Part shown: one piece after another, positions 50,232 through 58,600 of the stretch
How positions within the stretch are numbered: the stretch's first letter is position 1
How the letters are laid out: each line of letters starts with the position of its first letter
NCBI GenBank assembly: GCA_003388555.1
Contig: QQVD01000057.1
Coordinates: 43,192-107,191, forward strand
Length of the DNA: 64,000 bases
Reading direction: 5' to 3'
From: Acidobacteriota bacterium
GTDB lineage: Bacteria > Acidobacteriota > Thermoanaerobaculia > Multivoradales > Multivoraceae
Translations under genes and position numbers: made by a program
The notes under the pieces: generated by a model
Database searches by the model: none
Seen by the model: the letters and a program-made list of their open reading frames with translations, nothing else
What the model was told of the DNA's origin: nothing

Positions 50232-52499
50232 ATGACGCTCTCACCGCACAGCGGACGACCGATCGACCTCCCGAACTCGACCCCGGGCCAACACGGCGCG
50301 GCCCCGACCGGGCTCGCACTGGCCCTGGCCCTGACGCTCGCGGTGGCGACCGCCGCCTCCGCCAGCGAGTGGGCCGAGTGGCGCGGGCCCAAGCAGACCG
50401 GCGTCTCCGCCGAGACCGGCCTGATCGACAGCTGGTCGAAGGATGGTGAGAACGTCGCCTGGAGAGCCGACTTCATCGGTCGCTCGACCCCCATCGTGAT
50501 GCGCGGCAAGGTCTTCGTGTCCGGTCGCGCCGGCGAGGGAGCGATGCGGCGCGAGATCGTCGTGGCGTTCGACGCCGAAGACGGCGAGAAGCTCTGGGAG
50601 GTCAACGTGCCGACCCACCTGACCACCGTGCCCTACAACCGTGCCGGCTGGGCGGCGTTGGCGGGCGATCTGGAGACGGGATACGTCTACTACCAGGGCA
50701 TCGGCGGGCCGTTCCTCTGCATCGACGAGAACGGTGAGATCGTCTGGGAGCGCTCGCTCTACGAGGAGCTCGGGCGCTTCTCGGGCTACGGCGGTCGCAC
50801 CCACACGCCGCTGGTCGACGAGGACCAGGTGATCGTCGACGTGGTCAACAGCAGCTGGGGCCCGATGGGTAGACCGCTGCACCGCTACTTCTCGTTCGAC
50901 AAGCGCACCGGCGACGTGCTGTGGATCTCGGCTCCCGGAGAGTCGCCGGAAGACCTCAACACGCAATCCAACGGCGTCGTCGCGGTGATCGACGGCCAGC
51001 GGCTCTACATCTCGGGCAACGCCGACGGCAACGTCTACGCGCTCCAGGCCCGCACCGGCGAGCTGGTGTGGAAGTTCCAGCTCTCCAAGCGCGGCGCCAA
51101 CAGCACCCCGGTGGTGGTCGGCAACACCATCTTCTACGGCCACTCCGAGGAGAACATCGACGAGGCGGTGCTGGGGCGCACGGTGGCGATCGATGCGCGC
51201 GGAAGCGGCGACATCACCAAGACGAACGAGCTGTGGCGGCGCAACATCAGCATGGGCTTCCCGTCGCCGATGTACCACGACGGCACCCTGTTCGTGATGG
51301 ACAACTCGGCCAACCTCTTCGCCCTGGATCCCGAAACCGGTGAGACCCTGGCCGAGCACTCCACCGGCACCGTCGGCAAGTCGGCGCCGGTGTGGGCCGA
51401 CGGCAAGATCTACGTCACCGAGGTCAACGGCAACTTCCACATCCTCCGCTACCACCCGCCGGAGGACGGCGAAGAGGGTCGGTTCGAGGTCCTCGACAGT
51501 GAGTTCATCACCGTCGACGGCGAGCGCTACGCCGAGATCTACGCCTCCCCGGCGATCGCCTACGGCCGTGTGTACTTCACCACCGAGGAGGGTGTGTACG
51601 CGCTGGGAGATCCGGCCAGGCCGTTCCGGGTCGCCGCCGATCCGCCGCGCCAGGCGGCCGCCGAGGGCGCGGCCGGGGAGCTGGCGACGATCCGCGTGGT
51701 GCCGGGCGACAGCACCGTCGATCTGGGCGACACGATCGAGTACCGGCTGCGCGGCTTCGACCGTCTCGGTCGGCGGGTGCCGGACGCGTCGATCGGCGAA
51801 GTCGCCTGGAGCCTCGAAGGCCTCGAGGCGACCTTCGAGGGCAACCGACTGAAGTTGCCGTCCGGCGGTTCGCCGCAGGCCGGGATGGTCGTCGCCACGG
51901 TCGGCGACCTGTCCCACAAGGGCCGGCTACGGGCCTTCGGGAGCCTTCCGTTCAGCGACGACTTCGAAGTGGAACGTCCGCGCCCCTACTGGATCGGAGC
52001 CGGACGCTACGCGATCGCCGAGGTCGACGGACAGAAGGTGGTGGAGAAACCGGTCGCGGCCACCGGCCTGCTGCGCTCGATGCTCTTCGTCGGGCCTCCC
52101 GACTGGAGCGACTACACGGTCACGGTCGACCTGATGGGCAACCAGCAGGGGCGGCGGCGCACCGACGGCGGCGTCGTCGCCGGTGGCTACATCCTCGACC
52201 TGCTCGGCGTGAAGCAGGAGATCCAGATCCGCTCCTGGCAGGCGGTGCTCCGCATGGCGGTCACCCAGCCGTTCGAGTGGGAGATGGGGGTCTGGTACAC
52301 GATGAAGCTGCGGGTCGAAACCTCACCGGAGGAGGCCCGGATCTTCGGCAAGGTCTGGAAGCGGGGAGAGGCGGAGCCTGCGGAGTGGACGATCACCGCG
52401 GTCGATCCGCTGCCGATCTCGAAGGGCGCCCCCGCCCTGCAGGCTTACTCGCCGGCCAGCATGTACTTCGACAACCTGCGGATCACGGCCAACGACTGA
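50232..52499 (+). CDS. Secreted PQQ-like beta-propeller with C-terminal Ig-like and lectin-like (DUF1080/ConA-like) domains
   Basis: Signal peptide, EWAEWRGP, propeller repeats, then FSDDFE...DYTVTVD...WYTMKLRV...GKVW..EPAEW...YFDNLRI. Confidence 0.85.
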   Translation: MTLSPHSGRPIDLPNSTPGQHGAAPTGLALALALTLAVATAASASEWAEWRGPKQTGVSAETGLIDSWSKDGENVAWRADFIGRSTPIVMRGKVFVSGRAGEGAMRREIVVAFDAEDGEKLWEVNVPTHLTTVPYNRAGWAALAGDLETGYVYYQGIGGPFLCIDENGEIVWERSLYEELGRFSGYGGRTHTPLVDEDQVIVDVVNSSWGPMGRPLHRYFSFDKRTGDVLWISAPGESPEDLNTQSNGVVAVIDGQRLYISGNADGNVYALQARTGELVWKFQLSKRGANSTPVVVGNTIFYGHSEENIDEAVLGRTVAIDARGSGDITKTNELWRRNISMGFPSPMYHDGTLFVMDNSANLFALDPETGETLAEHSTGTVGKSAPVWADGKIYVTEVNGNFHILRYHPPEDGEEGRFEVLDSEFITVDGERYAEIYASPAIAYGRVYFTTEEGVYALGDPARPFRVAADPPRQAAAEGAAGELATIRVVPGDSTVDLGDTIEYRLRGFDRLGRRVPDASIGEVAWSLEGLEATFEGNRLKLPSGGSPQAGMVVATVGDLSHKGRLRAFGSLPFSDDFEVERPRPYWIGAGRYAIAEVDGQKVVEKPVAATGLLRSMLFVGPPDWSDYTVTVDLMGNQQGRRRTDGGVVAGGYILDLLGVKQEIQIRSWQAVLRMAVTQPFEWEMGVWYTMKLRVETSPEEARIFGKVWKRGEAEPAEWTITAVDPLPISKGAPALQAYSPASMYFDNLRITAND

Positions 52500-52628
52500 T
52501 CCGGAGTCCTCCGGCGCCCGAGGGAACCGATCGGGCCGCAGGATTCGTCTGCGCCGGGACGCTCCACAGGAAGAACTCAGGAAAACCGCGCCGCCTGGGC
52601 GGCGGCTGACGAGAAGGAAGAGCATTCG

Positions 52629-54119
52629 ATGACCAAGCAGAACAGCAGACGAGCCACGAAGCGCGAAGACATTCGGGCAGGCGGGGCCCTCGCCACCGGC
52701 GTCGCCGCCGTCGCGACGGTGCTGGCCCTGGCGCCGACGGGCGCGCTGGCGGCGGAGAAGCCGGCGATGTACGGCAACACGCCGAGCCGCAACATGGCCT
52801 CTCCCGAGAAGGGCCTGCCCAGCGAGTGGGACGTCGACTCCGGCAAGAACATCCTCTGGCGCGCCAAGGTCGGTTCGCAGACCTACGCCGGGCCCGTGGT
52901 GCACGACGGCCGCGTCTACGTCGGCACCAACAACGAGGGTCTGCGCCGACCCGGCATCGAAGGCGACAAGGGCGTCGTGATGGCGTTCTCGATCGAGGAC
53001 GGTGAGCTCCTCTGGCAGGCGACGCACGACAAGTTGGGCGCCGGCCGGGTGAACGACTGGCCGCTGCAGGGCGTCTGCTCGACACCGCACATCGAGGACG
53101 GCATCGCCTACTACCTCTCCAACGAGGCCACCGTGGTGGCCGTAGACGTCGAGGGCTTCCGCGACGGTGAGAACGACGGTCCCTACAAGGACGAGAAGTT
53201 GACCACCGAGCTCGATGCGGACTTCCTCTGGTCGTACGACCTGATCGCCGAGCTCGACGTCTTCCCGCACAACCTCGCGGCGAGCTCGCCGCTGGTGGTC
53301 GGCGACATCGTCTACGTGACCACCGGCAACGGAGTCGACGAGGGGCACGTCAACATCCCGTCGCCGCTCGGCCCGAGCTTCGTCGCAATCAACAAGAAGA
53401 CCGGCGAGCTGGTCTGGGAATCGGCGCTGCCCGGCGACGCCATCCTCCACGGCACCTGGTCGAACGCCGCCTACGGCGTCGCCAACGGCGTCGAGCAGAT
53501 CGCCTTCCCGGGTGGAGACGGCTGGCTCTACTCGTTCGAGCCCAAGACCGGCCACCTGCTGTGGAAGTACGACCTCAATCCCAAGGACTCGATCTGGGAG
53601 CTCGGCGGCAGCGGCACCCGCAACAACGTGATCTCGACGCCGGTCTTCTACAAGGACCGCTTCTACATCGGAGTCGGCCAGGATCCCGAGCACGGTGAGG
53701 GCCCCGGCAACTTCTACGCCATCGACGCCACGCTGGAGGGTGACGTCACCGACAAGGCAAAGGTCTGGTCGGTCGGCGGCGAGGACTTCAACCGCACGAT
53801 CTCCACCGCCGCGATCGCCGACGGCATCGTCTACGTGCCCGACCTCAGCGGCTTCCTCTACGCCTTCGACGCCGAGACCGGCGAGCATCTGTGGACCCAC
53901 GACACCTTCGCGGCGATCTGGGGCTCCCCGCTGGTCGCCGACGGCAGGATCTACCTCGGCGACGAGGACGGAGACGTGGTGGTGCTCGAGGCTGGACGTA
54001 AGGAGAAGGTCATCGCCGAGATGAACATGGGCTCGGCGGTCTACACCACGCCGTACCCCAAGGACGGCGTTCTCTACATCGCTTCGCGTTCCGAGCTCTT
54101 CGCGATCAAGGCTCAGTGA
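52629..54119 (+). CDS. Secreted PQQ-like beta-propeller protein
   Basis: Signal peptide; MYGNTPSRN; repeats STP, SSP, GSP with W-docking motifs. Confidence 0.88.
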   Translation: MTKQNSRRATKREDIRAGGALATGVAAVATVLALAPTGALAAEKPAMYGNTPSRNMASPEKGLPSEWDVDSGKNILWRAKVGSQTYAGPVVHDGRVYVGTNNEGLRRPGIEGDKGVVMAFSIEDGELLWQATHDKLGAGRVNDWPLQGVCSTPHIEDGIAYYLSNEATVVAVDVEGFRDGENDGPYKDEKLTTELDADFLWSYDLIAELDVFPHNLAASSPLVVGDIVYVTTGNGVDEGHVNIPSPLGPSFVAINKKTGELVWESALPGDAILHGTWSNAAYGVANGVEQIAFPGGDGWLYSFEPKTGHLLWKYDLNPKDSIWELGGSGTRNNVISTPVFYKDRFYIGVGQDPEHGEGPGNFYAIDATLEGDVTDKAKVWSVGGEDFNRTISTAAIADGIVYVPDLSGFLYAFDAETGEHLWTHDTFAAIWGSPLVADGRIYLGDEDGDVVVLEAGRKEKVIAEMNMGSAVYTTPYPKDGVLYIASRSELFAIKAQ

Positions 54120-54151
54120 GACCCACGGCGAAGGCGGCGGAGGAGAGCGCC

Positions 54152-54274
54152 ATGGAGTGCACGGCGGAGTGCCCGATCGAGGCCGAGACGGTGCCGCGAC
54201 CGCCGCCGCCGTGGGGCTTCGTGCGCGACCTCTGTGACGGGCGGCGGCCGTCGCCAGACCTCGGTTCCTCATGA
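54152..54274 (+). CDS. Candidate 40-aa small ORF (absent from the ORF track)
   Basis: GGAGGAG upstream of ATG 54152; stop TGA 54272-54274 overlaps the ADH start (ATGA); MECTAECPIEAETVPRPPPPWGFVRDLCDGRRPSPDLGSS. Confidence 0.4.
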   Translation: MECTAECPIEAETVPRPPPPWGFVRDLCDGRRPSPDLGSS

Positions 54275-55467
54275 CGAGCCCGCGACGAGCCGAAGCGCCC
54301 CCGGGCGAGCCCGACGCCGCCTGGCGGGTGAGCCTGCGGGCGGCCGAGATCGAGGCGGGACCCGGGTCGCTGTCGCGGCTCGGGGACCTCGCCGTCGAGC
54401 TCGGCGGGCGACGGGTGCTGCTGGTCAGCGATCCCGGCCTCGAAGCCGCCGGGCACGTCGCCAGGGCCTGCGACAGCCTGGTGCATGCTGGCGTGCAGTT
54501 CGAGCTCTTCGTCGGAGTGGAGGAGAACCCCACCGAAGCGTGTGTCGAGCGCGGCCTGGCGGCGGCCCGACGCCTCGAGCCCGATCTGCTGGTGGCGCTG
54601 GGCGGCGGTTCGGTGATGGACGCCACCAAGGGGGTCAACTTCCTGCTCACCAACGGCGGCAGGATGGAGGACTACTGGGGCTTCGGCAAGGCGAAGCGGC
54701 CAATGCTGCCGTCGATCGGCGTCCCCTGCACCGCCGGCACCGGCAGCGAGGCGCAGTCTTTCGCGCTGATCTCGCGCAACGTCGATCACGTCAAGATGGC
54801 GTGCGGCGACGCCAAGGCTCGCTTCACCCGGGTGCTGCTCGATCCCGAGGTGCTCGAGACGGTGCCCCGTGATGTCGCGGCGATCACCGGCATGGACGCC
54901 CTCTCGCACGCGGTGGAGAGTTTCGCCACCAGGACCCGCCACCCGATCTCGACCGCATTCGCCGCGGCCGCCTGGCGCCTGCTCGACGCGGCCTTCCCGC
55001 CGCTGATGCGCTCCAACCCGGGGCATGACGCCCGCGAGCAGATGCTCGCCGGCGCCTACCTCGCAGGTGCCGCGATCGAGACTTCGATGCTCGGCCTGGC
55101 GCACGCCCTGGCGAATCCGCTGACCGCCCGCCACGGTGTCACCCACGGAATCGCGGTCGGGCTGGTGCTGCCCAACGTGGTGCGGTTCAACGGCGAGCTC
55201 TGCGAGCCCATCTATCGACAGCTGGTCTCCGTATCTCCAGGGGAGTCCGCCGCCGAGGCCCTCGCGCTGCGTCTCGAGGAGCTGCGTGCGCTCGCGGGTT
55301 TGCCCGAGACACTCGAGGCAGCTGGCGTCGCCGAGGCCGAGATCGATGCCCTGGCGACGGCGGCGGCCGCGCAGTGGACGGCCGCACACAATCCACGCCC
55401 CGCCGAGCCGGCACAGCTCTCCGAGCTGTATCGCCGGTCGTTGGAGGCCAAGGAGGCGATCGCGTGA
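54271..55467 (+). CDS. Iron-containing alcohol dehydrogenase family protein
   Basis: ENPT, GGGSVMD, TAGTGSE, GMDALSHAVE, GLAHAL, HG metal ligands. Confidence 0.92.
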   Translation: MTSPRRAEAPPGEPDAAWRVSLRAAEIEAGPGSLSRLGDLAVELGGRRVLLVSDPGLEAAGHVARACDSLVHAGVQFELFVGVEENPTEACVERGLAAARRLEPDLLVALGGGSVMDATKGVNFLLTNGGRMEDYWGFGKAKRPMLPSIGVPCTAGTGSEAQSFALISRNVDHVKMACGDAKARFTRVLLDPEVLETVPRDVAAITGMDALSHAVESFATRTRHPISTAFAAAAWRLLDAAFPPLMRSNPGHDAREQMLAGAYLAGAAIETSMLGLAHALANPLTARHGVTHGIAVGLVLPNVVRFNGELCEPIYRQLVSVSPGESAAEALALRLEELRALAGLPETLEAAGVAEAEIDALATAAAAQWTAAHNPRPAEPAQLSELYRRSLEAKEAIA

Positions 55468-56681
55468 AGCTCTCGACAGACACCTCCCGACTTCGTTGGC
55501 GCCGGGCCCGCGGAACCGCCGGTCGGGACGGCGGCGGCAGGCGCTCGGCCCTGGCCACGGCCCTGGCCCTGCCCCTGACCCTCGCCGTGATCCCGGTCGC
55601 CGCGGCGCTGGCGGCCGATCCAGCCGAACGACTCAAGCCGGATCCCGACAACTGGCCGGTGTTCCGCGGCGACCTGAGCCTGCGCGGAGTCGCCGCCGGC
55701 ACCCTGCCCGCGACGCCGACGCTCGAGTGGACCTTCGACGCGGGTAGCGACATCGAGGGCACCGCCGCGATCGCCGACGACCGTGTCTTCGTCGGCACCT
55801 TCGCCGGCGACTTCGTGGCGATCGGCCTGCAGACCGGCAAGGAGCTCTGGCGCTTCAACGTCGGCGATGCCGCAGTGCAGTCCTCACCCGGCGTCTACGG
55901 TGACAAGGTCTTCTTCGGCGACGAGTTCGGCGTCTTCCACGCCCTCGACGTCGCCACCGGCAAGGAGGTCTGGAAGTTCGAGACCCGCGCCGAGATCCTC
56001 TCTTCGCCGACCTTCCATCGCGACCTGGTGATCATCGGCTCCTACGATCAGTTCCTCTACGCCCTGCGCCGCGACAGCGGCGAGCTGGTGTGGAAGGTGG
56101 AGACCGAGGGCTACATCCACGCCACCCCGGCGATCGTCGGCGACACGGTCACCGTCAGCGGATGCGACGGCTTCCTCTGGCTCATCGGGCTCGCCGACGG
56201 CGAGGTGCGGGCCAAGATCGATCTCGGCGGCCAGAGCGGCGCCAGCCCGGCGGTGGTCGGCGACCTGGCCTACGTCGGCACCTACGAGAACGAGGTGCTG
56301 GCGATCGACACCGCGGCGAAGAAGGTGCTGTGGCGTTACGAGCATCCTTCGCGCAAGTTCCCCTACTACGCCTCCGCCGCGGTCACCGACAACGCGGTGG
56401 TGATCGGCGGCCGCGACAAGATCCTGCGCGCCCTCGACCGCGACGACGGCTCGACCCTGTGGGAGTGGAACTCGGGGTCGCGGATCGATTCGTCGGTCGT
56501 GGTGGTGGGGGAGCGCGGCTTCGTCGGCACCAAGAACGGCGAGGTCGTCGCGGTGCGTCTGTCGGACGGCGAGATCGTCTGGCGCTACGACACCGGGTCG
56601 GCGATCGTTTCCTCACCGGCGCTGGCCAAGGGCCGGTTGGTGATCGGCAGCCTGGACGGCGTCGTCTACAGTTTCAAGTGA
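55464..56681 (+). CDS. Secreted PQQ-like (BamB/AfsK-type) beta-propeller protein
   Basis: GTG 55464 overlaps the ADH stop; signal peptide; NWPVFRGD; eight regular SSP...G...W repeats. Confidence 0.88.
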   Translation: MKLSTDTSRLRWRRARGTAGRDGGGRRSALATALALPLTLAVIPVAAALAADPAERLKPDPDNWPVFRGDLSLRGVAAGTLPATPTLEWTFDAGSDIEGTAAIADDRVFVGTFAGDFVAIGLQTGKELWRFNVGDAAVQSSPGVYGDKVFFGDEFGVFHALDVATGKEVWKFETRAEILSSPTFHRDLVIIGSYDQFLYALRRDSGELVWKVETEGYIHATPAIVGDTVTVSGCDGFLWLIGLADGEVRAKIDLGGQSGASPAVVGDLAYVGTYENEVLAIDTAAKKVLWRYEHPSRKFPYYASAAVTDNAVVIGGRDKILRALDRDDGSTLWEWNSGSRIDSSVVVVGERGFVGTKNGEVVAVRLSDGEIVWRYDTGSAIVSSPALAKGRLVIGSLDGVVYSFK

Positions 56682-56793
56682 GGTCTCGAGGGAGCGGCGT
56701 GGCCGTTGGGCGGCCCGAGCCCCTCGAGGCGGCTGGCGTCGGCTCGACGCGACCCGACATCGGCTCTCGCAGCACACGGAAGGAAGGCCTGAG

Positions 56794-58140
56794 ATGGAAG
56801 TGAGCACCGAATCGACCCGACTCGAGCCTGCGACCTCGCAGCTCGACCTCGCGGCGACCGACGTCGGCTCGGTCTTCGTCTCGAACTACCCTCCGTACTC
56901 GTTCTGGAGCGAGGAGGCGATTCCCGCTGCCGAGAGAGCCCTCGCCGAGCCGGGAGATCCCGACACGCCGCTCGGGCTCTACCTGCACATCCCGTTCTGT
57001 CGCAAGCGCTGCCGCTTCTGCTACTTCCGCGTCTTCACCGACAAGAACGCCGAGCAGATCCAGGGCTACCTCGACGCCCTCGGCAGTGAGGTGGAGCGCC
57101 TCGCCGAGATGCCGGCGGTGCGGGATCGCAAGCTGCACTTCGTCTACTTCGGGGGCGGCACCCCGTCCTACATCGCGGTCAAGCAGCTCGAGCCGCTGGT
57201 CGAGCGTCTCAAGGCGGCGATGCCCTGGGAGCACGCCGATGAGATCGCCTTCGAGTGTGAGCCGGGCACGCTGACCCAGAGCAAGCTCGAAGCGCTGCGC
57301 GAGATCGGCGTGACGCGGTTGAGCCTGGGGATCGAGAACTTCGACGACGAGATCCTCGAGATCAACGGTCGCGCCCACCTGAGCAAGGAGATCGAGAGGG
57401 TGCGCGAGTGGATCCACGGGCTCGACTTTCCCCAGCTCAACGTCGACCTGATCGCCGGCATGCTCGGCGAGACCTGGGAGACCTGGCGCGACACGGTGCA
57501 GAAGACGATCGACTACGACCCCGACAGCGTCACCGTCTACCAGATGGAGCTTCCTTTCAACACACGCTTCTCGCGCCAGAAGCTGAGCGGCGAGGAGATC
57601 GAGATCGCCGACTGGCAGACCAAGCGCGCCTGGCACGCCTACGCCTTCGAGGAGTTCGAGAAGGCGGGGTTCGAGATCTCGAGCGGTTACACGGTCCTGC
57701 GCGCGGATCGCAAGTCGCGTTTCGTCTACCGCGACGCGGTGTGGAGCGGCGCCGACATGCTCGGCACCGGGGTCTCTTCGTTCTCCCACCTCCGCGGCGT
57801 GCACTTCCAGAACGTCGACGGCTGGGACGATTACATGCAACGCATGCAGGCTGGCGAGAGCCCGATCCAGCGTGCTTTCGTGACCACCGCGCGCGAGCGC
57901 CTGGTGCGCGAGATGATCCTCACCATGAAGCGCGGCCTGGTCGACCTGGCGCGGCTGCGCGACAAGCACGGCGAGGACCCGCTGGCGCTGTTCGCCGATC
58001 GGTTCGACGAGCTGGAGGCGCAGGGCCTGCTGCGTCGTGACGGCCACCGCGTCGAGCTCGAACGCGCCGGTCTGCTGCGGGTCGACCAGCTGCTGCCGGG
58101 CTTCTACGACGAGCGCTACCGCAACGCTCGCTATACCTGA
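56794..58140 (+). CDS. HemN-like radical SAM enzyme (atypical subfamily)
   Basis: SNYPP, LYLHIPFCRKRCRFCYF (CxxxCxxC), YFGGGTPS, RLSLG, NVDLIAG. Confidence 0.9.
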   Translation: MEVSTESTRLEPATSQLDLAATDVGSVFVSNYPPYSFWSEEAIPAAERALAEPGDPDTPLGLYLHIPFCRKRCRFCYFRVFTDKNAEQIQGYLDALGSEVERLAEMPAVRDRKLHFVYFGGGTPSYIAVKQLEPLVERLKAAMPWEHADEIAFECEPGTLTQSKLEALREIGVTRLSLGIENFDDEILEINGRAHLSKEIERVREWIHGLDFPQLNVDLIAGMLGETWETWRDTVQKTIDYDPDSVTVYQMELPFNTRFSRQKLSGEEIEIADWQTKRAWHAYAFEEFEKAGFEISSGYTVLRADRKSRFVYRDAVWSGADMLGTGVSSFSHLRGVHFQNVDGWDDYMQRMQAGESPIQRAFVTTARERLVREMILTMKRGLVDLARLRDKHGEDPLALFADRFDELEAQGLLRRDGHRVELERAGLLRVDQLLPGFYDERYRNARYT

Positions 58141-58181
58141 GTCGACCTGAGTCGACCTGAGTCGACCCGAGTCGACCTGAG
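58135..58181. repeat. 10-bp tandem repeat (GTCGACCTGA)x4 starting at the radical SAM stop codon
   Basis: ACCTGA GTCGACCTGA GTCGACCTGA GTCGACCCGA GTCGACCTGA G. Confidence 0.9.
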
Positions 58182-58446
58182 CCACCGAGTCGTCCCTTCG
58201 GCCTGCCGATCTCGACCAAGACCTGGGGCAGGCATCCAGCTTGCAGCCTGGGACAGACGTTGGAGAGGGTTCCCGATCGGTTCGTGAGATCCTTGGGAGT
58301 GCGGAGCCGCCCGCGGACGTTCTGCAATGCGCCGGGCCGGCGGCGCCGTGCCGCGGCTCTGGCGACCTCCCGGTCAACCGGGCGTGGACCCTGCCAAAAC
58401 GTTGTCGCTCGGGCGTGTGAGGCCGACTGCCGCCGTGCGCTCGCGG

Positions 58447-58474
58447 TGGACTCTGCGGCCAAACACTCTACAAT
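58447..58474 (+). promoter_or_regulatory. Possible sigma70 promoter for the 58601 gene
   Basis: TGGACT-16bp-TACAAT in a locally AT-richer patch. Confidence 0.4.
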
Positions 58475-58600
58475 TGTGGGTACCGCTGGCCCTCGGGCGA
58501 GGTCCGCAGGGCGGGGATGCGACAATCCTGCCGTGCGCCTGTCGATGGTCGGACCGAGTACCCCGTCTGCAAAAACTGGCCTCAAGGAGCCAAGATCTAC

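Noticed and set aside
56794..58140. Assigning the gene symbol hemN or hemW
   Set aside because: Diagnostic C-terminal motifs are absent and the context is unrelated to heme
58135..58181. Possible CRISPR array
   Set aside because: 10-bp units, no spacers, no cas genes
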